Below, piece after piece: positions 39,063 through 48,506 of a stretch of DNA of 64,000 nucleotides; position 1 is the first letter of the stretch, and the number at the start of each line of letters is the position of its first letter. This DNA is from Pelolinea sp. (GTDB lineage: Bacteria > Chloroflexota > Anaerolineae > Anaerolineales > Anaerolineaceae), in the NCBI GenBank assembly GCA_030692365.1, contig JAUYCC010000075.1:15082-79081 (forward strand). Direction: 5' to 3'. Under the pieces are notes generated by a model that was not told the origin of the DNA, made no database searches, and was given only the letters and a program-made list of their open reading frames with translations. Position numbers and translations under genes: made by a program.

Positions 39063-40538
39063 TTAGGAAATGTTGAAATAATTATAGATTGCCGTTGAGA
39101 TTTGAGCAGTCAAGTAATTTGCGACATCAAAGATAAGCTGGGTGGGCTGATACATTGCGACTACTGCCACATAATTACCACCCGGGGAGAAAATTATCCC
39201 GGCGTCGATGATAGAATGAATTACCCCATCAGTCTCAACAACCCAACCATGCTTGTGGGCAATTTTGGTACCATCCGGAATCCCTGCCTGGAGCAAAACT
39301 GCGATCTTGTTTTGTGTCAGATAGGTTATCATCACCTGGCACTCGGATTGGGATATTTCCCCTTGAAATACAGCCGCGAATGTGCCCCCGCCAGTTTGGG
39401 CGCATTGATAGATATCATCCAGTAACATTCCTATATCCGAGGGTGTAGTCTGGTTATACACATCAGGATCTGTGAAGTAATCCCGGCGCTGGTTGGCTGG
39501 GGTGGAGTATCTTTGTAGTAAAGGTGCCCCAAGATAGAAATGGCCAGCCAGGAAAGTATTTTTTAATCCGATTTCCTGCATATCTTGCGTAACATAGATT
39601 GGACCGATGTTGGATTCCAGATAAGTTTCCATTAATTTGTCCGCAGGTGGATTCTCTGATTTTTCAATCATTTGCGCTATAAGGTCAGCGGCGCCTTGTG
39701 GAGTAGGTTCGTTTAATCGCTTAAAGGTCGAAACCATAATAGGAATCTTAACAGTGCTGGCTGCTGTAAAAGCAATCCCTGGATCATAATCAACACCTTG
39801 TTCGTAAGCGAAGTTTATCTCGCTGCGGTTTTCAAGGTCCAAAACATAGACTTCCGTTAATCCATCAAAATTGGACTTGTCAAGGATTTGCTTTATTAGA
39901 ATTCCAAGATTCTCAAGAGATGGGCGGGGAGGCTCAACTTCACCGATAACTAATACCGCTGATCGGTTAAAGGAGGATTGCAGTGCCTGTTCAACAACCG
40001 CCAGCGACTTGTCAACGTTCAGGACTATGCCCGATTTTCCTATTTGAAAATTAATAGTTCCAGGAATGGGCTGTGAGGACTCGGGAACCTCGTCATACCT
40101 GGAAGCAATTTCATCCATTAAGAAAAGCCGTATCCGGTTTTCGTCTACCGTAGCACTTAATGGTGTGTCATGCGCAACAGGTGAGCGGTTCCACAGGTAG
40201 TCCCAGAAAGAAGACCAAAAAGGTAGTCTGACGCGCTGCTGGTCTGCCGCGGCGATCATGGCCTCCACATTCAGGTCGAATCCTAGTTGAGAAGGCTTTA
40301 CCTGGATCAACTGGTCTTTATAAACTAGTTCGATCGGATTGTTATATGCTTGGGTGACCCTATCTGCAGCTTGCTGTTGGTTTAAACCGCCTACAACGAT
40401 TCCGGCAATCAATGTACTAGGCGGGAAACCGGCGCGGATGCGGCTGAACTGAATAAGTTGTAAAACCAGCAAAATGACCGCCATAACTACCAGAGCAATG
40501 GCAATCCAGCGAAATAAACTAAAACGGCTGATTTTCAA
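39063..40538 (-). CDS. membrane-anchored serine hydrolase, class A beta-lactamase/PBP-like, with putative peptidoglycan-binding N-domain
   Basis: N-terminal TM; SxxK (ASTVK), SEN (SxN), HKHG (KTG-like), DAGII. Confidence 0.8.
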   Translation of the reverse strand: MKISRFSLFRWIAIALVVMAVILLVLQLIQFSRIRAGFPPSTLIAGIVVGGLNQQQAADRVTQAYNNPIELVYKDQLIQVKPSQLGFDLNVEAMIAAADQQRVRLPFWSSFWDYLWNRSPVAHDTPLSATVDENRIRLFLMDEIASRYDEVPESSQPIPGTINFQIGKSGIVLNVDKSLAVVEQALQSSFNRSAVLVIGEVEPPRPSLENLGILIKQILDKSNFDGLTEVYVLDLENRSEINFAYEQGVDYDPGIAFTAASTVKIPIMVSTFKRLNEPTPQGAADLIAQMIEKSENPPADKLMETYLESNIGPIYVTQDMQEIGLKNTFLAGHFYLGAPLLQRYSTPANQRRDYFTDPDVYNQTTPSDIGMLLDDIYQCAQTGGGTFAAVFQGEISQSECQVMITYLTQNKIAVLLQAGIPDGTKIAHKHGWVVETDGVIHSIIDAGIIFSPGGNYVAVVAMYQPTQLIFDVANYLTAQISTAIYNYFNIS

Positions 40539-40632
40539 TCAGAAATCTCCTGTCATTTGAACCCAGAAATTTTACCAGAATCGGCAAATCATATAATTTT
40601 AGCGAAAAAGAGGGATAAGTTATACTTATTTT

Positions 40633-42246
40633 ATGCTGGTGACCCGCGAGAATTTATTCAATAAAATAAGCAAGATTTTCCCGTTTAATCTTTCAAGTGC
40701 TGAGACGATCGGGACGCTTGTTGAAAAATCAGAAGTGGTTTTTTTTGAATCGGGCAACCTGGTTTATATGGAAGGCGCTAATGCCGCCAACTTCTATATC
40801 ATTTATGAGGGCGAAATTGAGATACTGGTTGAAGAAAACCAGTCATTACGAAGACTAAACATCCTGCATGACGGGGATTATTTTGGAGAGGATGCCCTGA
40901 AACAGAGTAAAATCCGCGCATCAAGCGCGCGGGCTTTGAAAAATACTCTGCTTATTAAAATTCCCCAAAGTATATTAAACAGCTTTATCAGCGACAAACC
41001 AGAATTGGCACGAGCTTTTTCTTTAATATCCAAGACCTATACAAGGTTGTTTGAATTTAAATTCAGGGATCTCCCTCATGAGACTATTTATTACATTGGA
41101 AGTCCGCATTATTTTGTCTTTTTATCAAAATCAATGCTTTCATTTCTAATCATGTTATTTCCATTTTCTATTGTAATAATCCTGGCTAGAAGCAAGCTGC
41201 TTTCAGGTTCTTTATTGATGGGGACATGTGTTATATTGACGGTATTGTTCTTATTTCAACTTTTTTGGCACTACTTAGAATGGCGAAATGACTTTTATGT
41301 AATAACCGGAAAAAGAGTAATCAACTTAAACAGACATCTGATAAATTTTGACAGTAAATTTGAAACGCCATTATCGGTTATTAATAATCTTGAAATAAAG
41401 AAAAGTATCTTGGGAAGAAGCATCGGTTTTGGAGACCTTGTCATCAGAACCTATACTGGTGAGACAATTCTTAAAAGCGTATCATCCGCTTCAGAAGTTC
41501 AGGCATATCTGGAATATTTAATGGCGCTGGATAAAACTACAAGAAGAATGGAAGAACGGATATCTTTTGAAAAAATTCTTGATAGCAGAGTATTCACCAA
41601 CAATAATAACCCCGACACAAAAGTTGCACCGAGTCCTGAGTCAACAGGTTCAGCTGGAAATAATGCAGATCTTACCAGGGTTATTTATCACACTCATTGG
41701 ATTATCCTCTTAAGAAAAGTACTTATTCCCTCGCTGCTTCTTTTAAGTCTGATCTTGCTCATAATCTTTTTTTATGCGAATAAGCTGCCTTTAATTGAAA
41801 GTAATTTTGGCTTTGGATCGGTTGGGCTTGTATTAATAGGCGCGGTCCTGTGGTGGCTTTATCAATTCTTTGATTGGCGAAATGACCAATATCATATTAC
41901 CCAGGGCCAGATTATTGACATTTTCCGCAAGCCTTTTGGGGCGGAAGATCGCAGAACTGCCTCGGTTTTAAATATTCAATCCATCCGATTTGAAAGGAAA
42001 GGATTCTTGGGGCTACTTCTGAATTTTGGGACTGTCTATATACGGGTAGGGGATGAAGAATTTACTTTTGATAATGTGCCTGATCCCGCCAGGATTCAGG
42101 AGAAATTATTTGGCGTGCTCGAAATGTCAATAGCTCGGGTAAAGAAATCTGAACTGACGGATCAACAGCAGAAGTTAGCCGAATGGATGGAAGCTTACCA
42201 TCAGGTCAAGGAAAAAAAATCCAGGGGATCAAAAGCTAATAATTAA
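40633..42246 (+). CDS. membrane protein with cyclic-nucleotide-binding domain and two bacterial PH (bPH_2/YdbS-like) domains
   Basis: FYIIYEGEI...GDYFGEDAL...RASSARAL (CNBD); two TM-hairpin + WRND.Y.IT...G.FG.V.I repeats. Confidence 0.75.
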   Translation: MLVTRENLFNKISKIFPFNLSSAETIGTLVEKSEVVFFESGNLVYMEGANAANFYIIYEGEIEILVEENQSLRRLNILHDGDYFGEDALKQSKIRASSARALKNTLLIKIPQSILNSFISDKPELARAFSLISKTYTRLFEFKFRDLPHETIYYIGSPHYFVFLSKSMLSFLIMLFPFSIVIILARSKLLSGSLLMGTCVILTVLFLFQLFWHYLEWRNDFYVITGKRVINLNRHLINFDSKFETPLSVINNLEIKKSILGRSIGFGDLVIRTYTGETILKSVSSASEVQAYLEYLMALDKTTRRMEERISFEKILDSRVFTNNNNPDTKVAPSPESTGSAGNNADLTRVIYHTHWIILLRKVLIPSLLLLSLILLIIFFYANKLPLIESNFGFGSVGLVLIGAVLWWLYQFFDWRNDQYHITQGQIIDIFRKPFGAEDRRTASVLNIQSIRFERKGFLGLLLNFGTVYIRVGDEEFTFDNVPDPARIQEKLFGVLEMSIARVKKSELTDQQQKLAEWMEAYHQVKEKKSRGSKANN

Positions 42247-42307
42247 TATTTATTAGAGTAAAATAACAAATATTAATATTGGCTTTAATATGGAGAAGAA
42301 ATACCCT

Positions 42308-42817
42308 ATGGCTTTGCGTGATGTGATTAAATTACCCAATCCGGTCCTGCGAAGGAAAGCTCACAAGGTAACCGATTTTGGTTCAGATTTTCAGGCTTGC
42401 GTAGAGGATATGATAGAGACCATGCGAAATGAACCGGGTGTAGGTCTAGCCGCTCCCCAGGTTAATATTTCCCAAAGGCTTATCGTGGTTGAGTATCCCG
42501 AAGATGATGAAATAGAGGATGCACTTCCAAAACTTTTTATCGTAGCTAATCCTGAATTTAATTTAATGTCGAAGGATTTAGTTAAGGGGACTGAAGGATG
42601 CCTTTCAGTGCCAAATTTGCTTGGCCAGGTGGAAAGATCAAATGAAGTTATTATTACCGGTTTGGATCGGCGCGGAAAAAAACAGACTATCCATGCCCGG
42701 GGTTGGCTGGCACGCATCTTTCAGCATGAAGTAGACCATTTAAACGGCGTTTTGTTTGTTGATCGGGCGCTTGAATTGTATCAACCTGAGGAAGTACAGG
42801 CGAATGAAAGAGTCTAG
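42308..42817 (+). CDS. def: peptide deformylase (ATG 42308 preferred; 42290 possible)
   Basis: GVGLAAPQ, EGCLS, QHEVDHLNG. Confidence 0.96.
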   Translation: MALRDVIKLPNPVLRRKAHKVTDFGSDFQACVEDMIETMRNEPGVGLAAPQVNISQRLIVVEYPEDDEIEDALPKLFIVANPEFNLMSKDLVKGTEGCLSVPNLLGQVERSNEVIITGLDRRGKKQTIHARGWLARIFQHEVDHLNGVLFVDRALELYQPEEVQANERV

Positions 42818-42833
42818 CCACTAAGCCAGGGCT

Positions 42834-44027
42834 ATGGAGATCCTGTCCCTTTCACTGACCAATTATCGGGCTTTCAAACGGCTAGAAATTGAGTTTGCTG
42901 AACACCTGACATTGTTATATGGAAAGAACGCCCAGGGTAAAACAAGCATACTGGAAGCTGTACATTTTCTATCTATTCTTACATCACCTGTAGCTGGTTA
43001 TGACCGTGAACTGGTCAATTTTCTTTGTCTGAATGATGAGCAGCCGGTCAGCCGCTTGGTGGCGATAATTAATAAAAATGGAAAAACTCACCGGATTGAA
43101 ATCCGCCTGATACTCGACCATAATTGGAATGGAAATAATCGACTGCGTAAAGAGGTGTTGATCGACGGGGTCAAGCGCCGCTTGTTTGATGTCGTCGGTT
43201 TTTTCAATTCGGTCATCTTTTTGCCGCAGATGACTCGGATTATTGAAGACGGTCCTGAGGAAAGGCGCAGGTATTTGGACCAAACGCTTTCGCAGGCTTT
43301 CCCGGGTTACATGAAAACCCTGAGCAATTACCAGCAAGGTATCACGAAAAGAAATGCGCTGCTTAAACAGTTATCTGAAAAAGGCGGCGATGAGAACCAG
43401 CTTGTTTATTGGGATCAATTAATCTCGGAAAACGGAGCGATCCTCATTCAAGCTCGCAATAAATCGGTTCTTGAATTGGGGAGTCTTGCAACTCAAAAGC
43501 AGTCAGCTTTGACGATAGGAGGAGAAGCTCTCGAATTGATTTATCTACCCTCTTTCAATCCCTGGAATGGCGAATCACTGCAATTATCCATACCCCCGAT
43601 AATTCCTGATAAATCCCTTCTCAGCACTGATGAAATCCAAAACAAATTTCAGAAAGCTCTATTGGGATTAAGGCGAGAAGAGATCCGGCGGGGCTTGACT
43701 ACGATTGGTCCGCACAGAGACGAGCTCCTGTTTACAGCCAATGGGGTGAATCTGGGGATATACGGCTCGCGCGGACAGATTCGTACCGCGATTATGTCAT
43801 TGAAATTTGCAGAAGTGGATTGGATCAAGGAAAAATCGGGCGAATTGCCGGTGCTACTATTGGATGAAACTCTGGCCGAATTGGACTTCAACCGGCGCGG
43901 GGATTTACTTAAAACGCTTGAAAATGGCGGGCAGGCAATATTAACGACTGTCGACCTTGAGTTATTTCCTCAGGATTTTATTGATCGATGCGTGAGTTTA
44001 AAAATTGAGGATGGCAAAATCAGCTGA
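42834..44027 (+). CDS. recF: DNA replication and repair protein RecF
   Basis: GKNAQGKTSILEA, GPEERRRYLD, GPHRDEL, GSRGQ, LLLDE. Confidence 0.95.
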   Translation: MEILSLSLTNYRAFKRLEIEFAEHLTLLYGKNAQGKTSILEAVHFLSILTSPVAGYDRELVNFLCLNDEQPVSRLVAIINKNGKTHRIEIRLILDHNWNGNNRLRKEVLIDGVKRRLFDVVGFFNSVIFLPQMTRIIEDGPEERRRYLDQTLSQAFPGYMKTLSNYQQGITKRNALLKQLSEKGGDENQLVYWDQLISENGAILIQARNKSVLELGSLATQKQSALTIGGEALELIYLPSFNPWNGESLQLSIPPIIPDKSLLSTDEIQNKFQKALLGLRREEIRRGLTTIGPHRDELLFTANGVNLGIYGSRGQIRTAIMSLKFAEVDWIKEKSGELPVLLLDETLAELDFNRRGDLLKTLENGGQAILTTVDLELFPQDFIDRCVSLKIEDGKIS

Positions 44028-44733
44028 TCGGTTTTTTGGAGGGCATTCCCGCCCTGCGCGGATAAGCTCCAGGAGTAGTGGAGATTTTATTCAGTACGAT
44101 TAGAGTTCTCTCTCCATAACCTTTTGGTAAATTCAACCTCATACTTTCGGAAATTTCGCCCCCAAGAACCGCAACTGCACGGTTGGCTTTCTGTGTTTCG
44201 TCCTCCGTATCAGCGCCTTTCATCGCAAGCGCTTTGCCGCCAATCTTCACGTAGGGTAATAAATACTCTGCCAACACGGACAATTCAGCAACCGCACGTG
44301 CTACTGCCCAATCGAATTTCTCGCGGAATTGTGGATCTTTACCCAAGTCCTCCGCACGGGCGGCTATCACTGAGGTGTCTGCAAGGTTTAATTTTTCAAC
44401 AACAACTTGACAGAATTCCGCCTTTTTTTGTGAAGATTCAACCAGGATAAGTTTCATGTCAGGAATCATGATTTTCAAAGGGATACCGGGAAACCCAGCA
44501 CCGGTTCCGATATCAATCAGTGAGAAGATCCCCCTGTTTTGAATTACCCGCAGACAGGTGAGAGAATCAAAAAAATGTTTTATATGGATCCTTTCCGGGT
44601 CGGTAATAGCTGTTAAATTGAATTTTTCATTCCATTCAAGCAGGAGGTTTTCAAACGTCGCGAATGCGTTAATCTGCGGAGCAGTAATTTCAATTCCTAA
44701 AGATTGATCAAGAAATGCCTGTAATTTCTCCAT
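44020..44733 (-). CDS. rsmG: 16S rRNA m7G527 methyltransferase
   Basis: WNEKFNLTAIT, HFFDSL, DIGTGAGFPGIP, ARAVA; ATG 44733 lies 7 nt after TATAAT. Confidence 0.95.
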   Translation of the reverse strand: MEKLQAFLDQSLGIEITAPQINAFATFENLLLEWNEKFNLTAITDPERIHIKHFFDSLTCLRVIQNRGIFSLIDIGTGAGFPGIPLKIMIPDMKLILVESSQKKAEFCQVVVEKLNLADTSVIAARAEDLGKDPQFREKFDWAVARAVAELSVLAEYLLPYVKIGGKALAMKGADTEDETQKANRAVAVLGGEISESMRLNLPKGYGERTLIVLNKISTTPGAYPRRAGMPSKKPIS

Positions 44734-44860
44734 AGATGGCATTATAAAAGGTTTTATTGGAGGGATGGATTAATTTATTAATACCTCGGAAATAATGAAA
44801 AAGAAAATAATTAAGACACTTTTGCTATAATGGTCAGAATTCTTATCTGGTGAGCATTCA

Positions 44861-45475
44861 ATGATATATACTTTCAAAGCGATCATCTTTGATATGGGGG
44901 GTGTGATATTGCGTACGGTTGATCCGGCGCCACGTGAGGCGATGGCCAGGCGCTTTGGCACTACGCGTGAAGAGCTGGAAAAATATGTTTTTAGAAGTCC
45001 CACATCAGTGCAATCAGAGGTTGGCCAGGTTTCTGACATTTACCATTGGCAAACCGTCCTGAAGCATTTTGGGCAAACAGGAGCTGACCCTCTTGAAGCA
45101 TATTCCGAGTATTTTTCCGGAGACGCGATTGACCAGGAATTGCTTGGTTACGCAGTATCCTTGAAACCGGAATACAAAATCGGATTGCTGAGTAATGCTT
45201 GGGTTGATTCAAGGAATAAACTGGGATCGTTGTTTTATTTTATTGATGTTTTCGATGTGGCAATTTTTTCAGACGAGGTAAAAGCACGCAAACCGGAAGA
45301 AGAAATTTTTCGATTGATGCTGGATAGATTAATTGTTAAACCTGAGGAATCCATTTTTATTGACGATTTCATTGAAAACATTGAAGGCGCAAAAAAACTT
45401 GGTATAAACTCAATTCTTTTTAAACATGCTCAGGGGACTATCCGGCAAATTAATGCCATGCTGGGAAGAGAATAA
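44861..45475 (+). CDS. HAD family phosphatase (YihX-like)
   Basis: FDMGGV, LLSN, KPEEEIF, FIDDFIENIEGA. Confidence 0.9.
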   Translation: MIYTFKAIIFDMGGVILRTVDPAPREAMARRFGTTREELEKYVFRSPTSVQSEVGQVSDIYHWQTVLKHFGQTGADPLEAYSEYFSGDAIDQELLGYAVSLKPEYKIGLLSNAWVDSRNKLGSLFYFIDVFDVAIFSDEVKARKPEEEIFRLMLDRLIVKPEESIFIDDFIENIEGAKKLGINSILFKHAQGTIRQINAMLGRE

Positions 45476-45512
45476 CCATTCCTATGGTATACTAAAAAAC
45501 TGCCGCAAGTTC

Positions 45513-45541
45513 TTGATATGGCTGCGGCACTTGGGTAAAAT
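45513..45541 (+). promoter_or_regulatory. sigma70-type promoter of the tRNA-Ala pair (and probably T-box/leuS)
   Basis: TTGATA (45513-45518), 17 nt, TAAAAT (45536-45541); 17 nt upstream of the first tRNA. Confidence 0.6.
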
Positions 45542-45558
45542 TTGCCAACCCAAACTAA

Positions 45559-45631
45559 GGGCCTGTAGCGCAGTTGGGAGCGCGCGTCAATCGCACTGAC
45601 GAGGCCGAGGGTTCGAATCCCTCCAGGTCCA
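45559..45631 (+). tRNA. tRNA-Ala(CGC)
   Basis: Cloverleaf: GGGCCTG/CAGGTCC acceptor with G3:U70, anticodon stem CGTCA/TGACG, loop ATCGCAC, TTCGAAT T-loop; CCA not encoded. Confidence 0.95.
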
Positions 45632-45643
45632 CTGGGAAAATAT

Positions 45644-45716
45644 GGGCCCATAGCGCAGTTGGGAGCGCGTCTCAATGGCATTGAGAAGGTCGAGAGTTCG
45701 AATCTCTCTGGGTCCA
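45644..45716 (+). tRNA. tRNA-Ala(GGC)
   Basis: GGGCCCA/TGGGTCC acceptor with G3:U70, TCTCA/TGAGA stem, loop ATGGCAT (A32-U38), TTCGAAT; CCA not encoded. Confidence 0.95.
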
Positions 45717-45724
45717 CTTTCAAA

Positions 45725-45968
45725 GCCCGGAATGGAATAATAAGCCATCCGCCAGCGAGTCGGAAGAAATACAGTGAAAAGCCGGCAACAGCACCCGCGG
45801 AGCGCGAAAGGCCTAACTCGCCATTCAGGTTGAAAAACCAGGCAGGCGCGGTGAAAAGATCAGCCGTGCACGGGTTAAGCCCGTTAAAGCTCACTGAGGT
45901 GGCCTAATGGCAACCAGGGTGGTACCGCGGAGAAATCCTTCGTCCCTGACGACGAAGGAATTTTTATT
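45725..45968 (+). ncRNA. T-box riboswitch (Leu) leader of leuS
   Basis: Stem I base GAATGG/CCATTC with CTC Leu specifier at 45817-45819; CCGTTA at 45881-45886; T-box AGGGTGGTACCGCG at 45916-45929; antiterminator partner CGTCCCTG; terminator TCCTTCGTC/GACGAAGGA plus T-run. Confidence 0.9.
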
Positions 45969-45981
45969 AATATGAGGAAAT

Positions 45982-48435
45982 ATGGCAGAACCGATTGAAC
46001 GCTACATACCGGCAAAAATTGAAGGGAAATGGCAGGAGAAATGGGCTTCCGACGGTCTCTACCATGCGGATATCAACCCTAAGAAGAAAAAGCACTATAC
46101 GCTCACTATGCTGCCTTATCCTTCAGGTAATTTGCATATTGGCCACTGGTATGCCATGACGCCTTCGGACGCTCGGGCACGTTATTTGCGAATGCGCGGT
46201 TTCAATGTAATGTTCCCGATGGGCTTTGACGCGTTTGGCCTGCCGGCTGAAAATGCGGCCATTCAACGTAACATTCACCCGAAGGAATGGACCTACGCCA
46301 ATATTAGCCATATGCGCGAACAACTGCGCAGCATGGGTACCATGTTTGACTGGCGTCGCGAGGCAATCTCCTCAGACCCGGAATATTACCGCTGGACCCA
46401 ATGGTTTTTCACCCAGTTGTTCAAGAACAAACTGGCTTATCGCAAAATGTCTCCGGTGGACTGGTGCCCGCAATGCAATACCACACTGGCACGCGAACAG
46501 GTATGGGGTGAGGACAGGCACTGTGAGCGATGTGGTACGCCGGTCATCAAGAAAGACCTGAATCAATGGTTCTTTAGAATAACCAAATATGCTGATGAAT
46601 TACTCAACTTTAAAGGAATTGATTGGCCAGAACGTGTTCGGCTGCTGCAGACAAACTGGATCGGAAAATCAGAGGGCGCTTCTGTCGTCTTTAAAACTGA
46701 ATCCGGCGATTCTTTGGAAGTATTTACCACCCGGCCGGATACCCTGTGGGGTGTAACCTTTATGGTTCTGGCGCCGGAACATCCGCTCGTGGATAAACTT
46801 ACCACGCCAGAACGAAAAGAAGAAGTCTCTGCCTATGTGCAAGAAAGTGTACGGCAGACCGAGATTCAGAGAGAATCCACTGAAAAAGAAAAATCAGGCG
46901 TTTTCACCGGCGGTTATGCAATCAACCCGGTGAACAGCGAAAAGATCCCGGTTTGGGTTGCAGATTACGTGCTTATGACTTATGGCACAGGCGCGATTAT
47001 GGGTGTGCCAGCGCATGACCAGCGCGACTTTGATTTCGCGCGGAAATTTGGCTTGGAAATACGCGTGGTTATTCAACCAGAGAACAAAGAGCCTTTCGAT
47101 GGAGCTATCATGCCGGAGGCGGTTCCTGCGCAAGGCTATATGGTTAATTCAGGTCCCTTAACCGGAACGCCAGCCGGGCAAACCATCAATAAAGCAGTGG
47201 AATATATTGAAAAGAAGCAGGTCGGAAAGCGTGCGGTGACCTTACACATCCGTGACTGGCTGATCTCGCGGCAGCGTTACTGGGGCGCACCGATCCCGAT
47301 TATTTTCTGCATGCATTGCGGTGAGGTTGCTGTGCCTGATGACCAGTTACCCGTACTGCTGCCGGATGACGTGGATTGGAAACCGACCGGAGAAAGCCCT
47401 CTCAAATTACATCCCACCTGGCGTATTATCAAGTGCCCGAACTGCGGGGGAGACGCTAAGCGTGAAACAGATACGATGGATACCTTTATGTGTTCTTCGT
47501 GGTATCACCTGCGTTATTTGAGCCCAAAATGCCATGACTGGCCTTTCAAACAGGAGGAGTACGATTACTGGATGCCGGTGGATACCTATACCGGCGGTGT
47601 GGAACATGCGACCATGCACCTTATTTACACCCGCTTTTTCCATAAGGCTTTCCGTGATTTGGGTGTGACCAAGGGGGATGAACCTATGCTGCAACTGCGC
47701 AATCAGGGGCAGATTCTTGGCCCTGATGGACAGCGCATGAGCAAGTCACGCGGAAACGTAGTTGACCCGGATGAGCAGGTTCGCTTGTATGGGGCTGATA
47801 CGGTACGCGCGTACCTGATGTTCGGTTACCGCTGGCAGGATGGCGGTCTGTGGGATCCGGGCAATATTCAGGGATCGCACCGTTGGTTGGGACGAGTCTG
47901 GTCAACATTTCTCGAAAAAGGGAGCCAGAAACAGATTGCTCCTGAAATAGAAAGGGCAATGCGCCGAAAGGTCCACCAAACGCTGCGGTCAGTGACCAGA
48001 GATTTCGAGCAATTTGAATTTAACACAGTAGTCTCTGCTTTGATGACATTGATAAATGAACTAGTTAGTTTCAAAGATTCGGGTAGCTGGGGAACCCCAA
48101 CATGGAATGAAGCGGTGGATATCTATCTGCGTATGATGGCGCCGGTAACCCCACACATTGCAGAAGAATTGTGGGCGCGATTGGGTAAAGCCTATTCCAT
48201 CCACCAGCAGAATTGGCCGCTTGTCGATGAAGAAGCGACGAAAGAAGATGCGATTGAACTGGTTGTCCAGGTTAATGGCAAGGTCAAACATAAGATTATT
48301 GTTCCGGTTGACGTTACCGAGGAAAAAGCCAAAGAAGCTGCTCTTGACAATGAGGTAATTAAAAAACTTCTCGGAGATAGGTCACCAAAAAAGGTAATCT
48401 ACGTTCTTCGCCGTTTGGTAAATATTGTTTTATAA
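45982..48435 (+). CDS. leuS: leucine--tRNA ligase
   Basis: MLPYPSGNLHIGH, FTTRPDT editing domain, RQRYWGAPIP, MSKSRGN, VQVNGK. Confidence 0.98.
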   Translation: MAEPIERYIPAKIEGKWQEKWASDGLYHADINPKKKKHYTLTMLPYPSGNLHIGHWYAMTPSDARARYLRMRGFNVMFPMGFDAFGLPAENAAIQRNIHPKEWTYANISHMREQLRSMGTMFDWRREAISSDPEYYRWTQWFFTQLFKNKLAYRKMSPVDWCPQCNTTLAREQVWGEDRHCERCGTPVIKKDLNQWFFRITKYADELLNFKGIDWPERVRLLQTNWIGKSEGASVVFKTESGDSLEVFTTRPDTLWGVTFMVLAPEHPLVDKLTTPERKEEVSAYVQESVRQTEIQRESTEKEKSGVFTGGYAINPVNSEKIPVWVADYVLMTYGTGAIMGVPAHDQRDFDFARKFGLEIRVVIQPENKEPFDGAIMPEAVPAQGYMVNSGPLTGTPAGQTINKAVEYIEKKQVGKRAVTLHIRDWLISRQRYWGAPIPIIFCMHCGEVAVPDDQLPVLLPDDVDWKPTGESPLKLHPTWRIIKCPNCGGDAKRETDTMDTFMCSSWYHLRYLSPKCHDWPFKQEEYDYWMPVDTYTGGVEHATMHLIYTRFFHKAFRDLGVTKGDEPMLQLRNQGQILGPDGQRMSKSRGNVVDPDEQVRLYGADTVRAYLMFGYRWQDGGLWDPGNIQGSHRWLGRVWSTFLEKGSQKQIAPEIERAMRRKVHQTLRSVTRDFEQFEFNTVVSALMTLINELVSFKDSGSWGTPTWNEAVDIYLRMMAPVTPHIAEELWARLGKAYSIHQQNWPLVDEEATKEDAIELVVQVNGKVKHKIIVPVDVTEEKAKEAALDNEVIKKLLGDRSPKKVIYVLRRLVNIVL

Positions 48436-48449
48436 GCAAGAAAAGTATC

Positions 48450-48488
48450 AAAAAACGCCGCAAATATATCAAAGTTTGCGGCGTTTTT
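48450..48488. terminator. bidirectional terminator between leuS and thrB
   Basis: AAAAACGCCGCAAA-N10-TTTGCGGCGTTTTT. Confidence 0.85.
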
Positions 48489-48506
48489 AATTTTTGGATT
48501 ATTGAA

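Noticed and set aside
45559-45725. tRNA pair as an integration site for a mobile element
   Set aside because: No integrase, no duplicated tRNA 3' end, and the flanks are housekeeping genes
45430-45907. ORFs 45430-45894 (-) and 45659-45907 (+)
   Set aside because: They overlap the two tRNAs and the T-box leader
45982-48435. Higher GC of leuS as evidence of horizontal transfer
   Set aside because: gap, pgk and rny look similarly GC-richer by eye, consistent with expression-related codon bias; not computed
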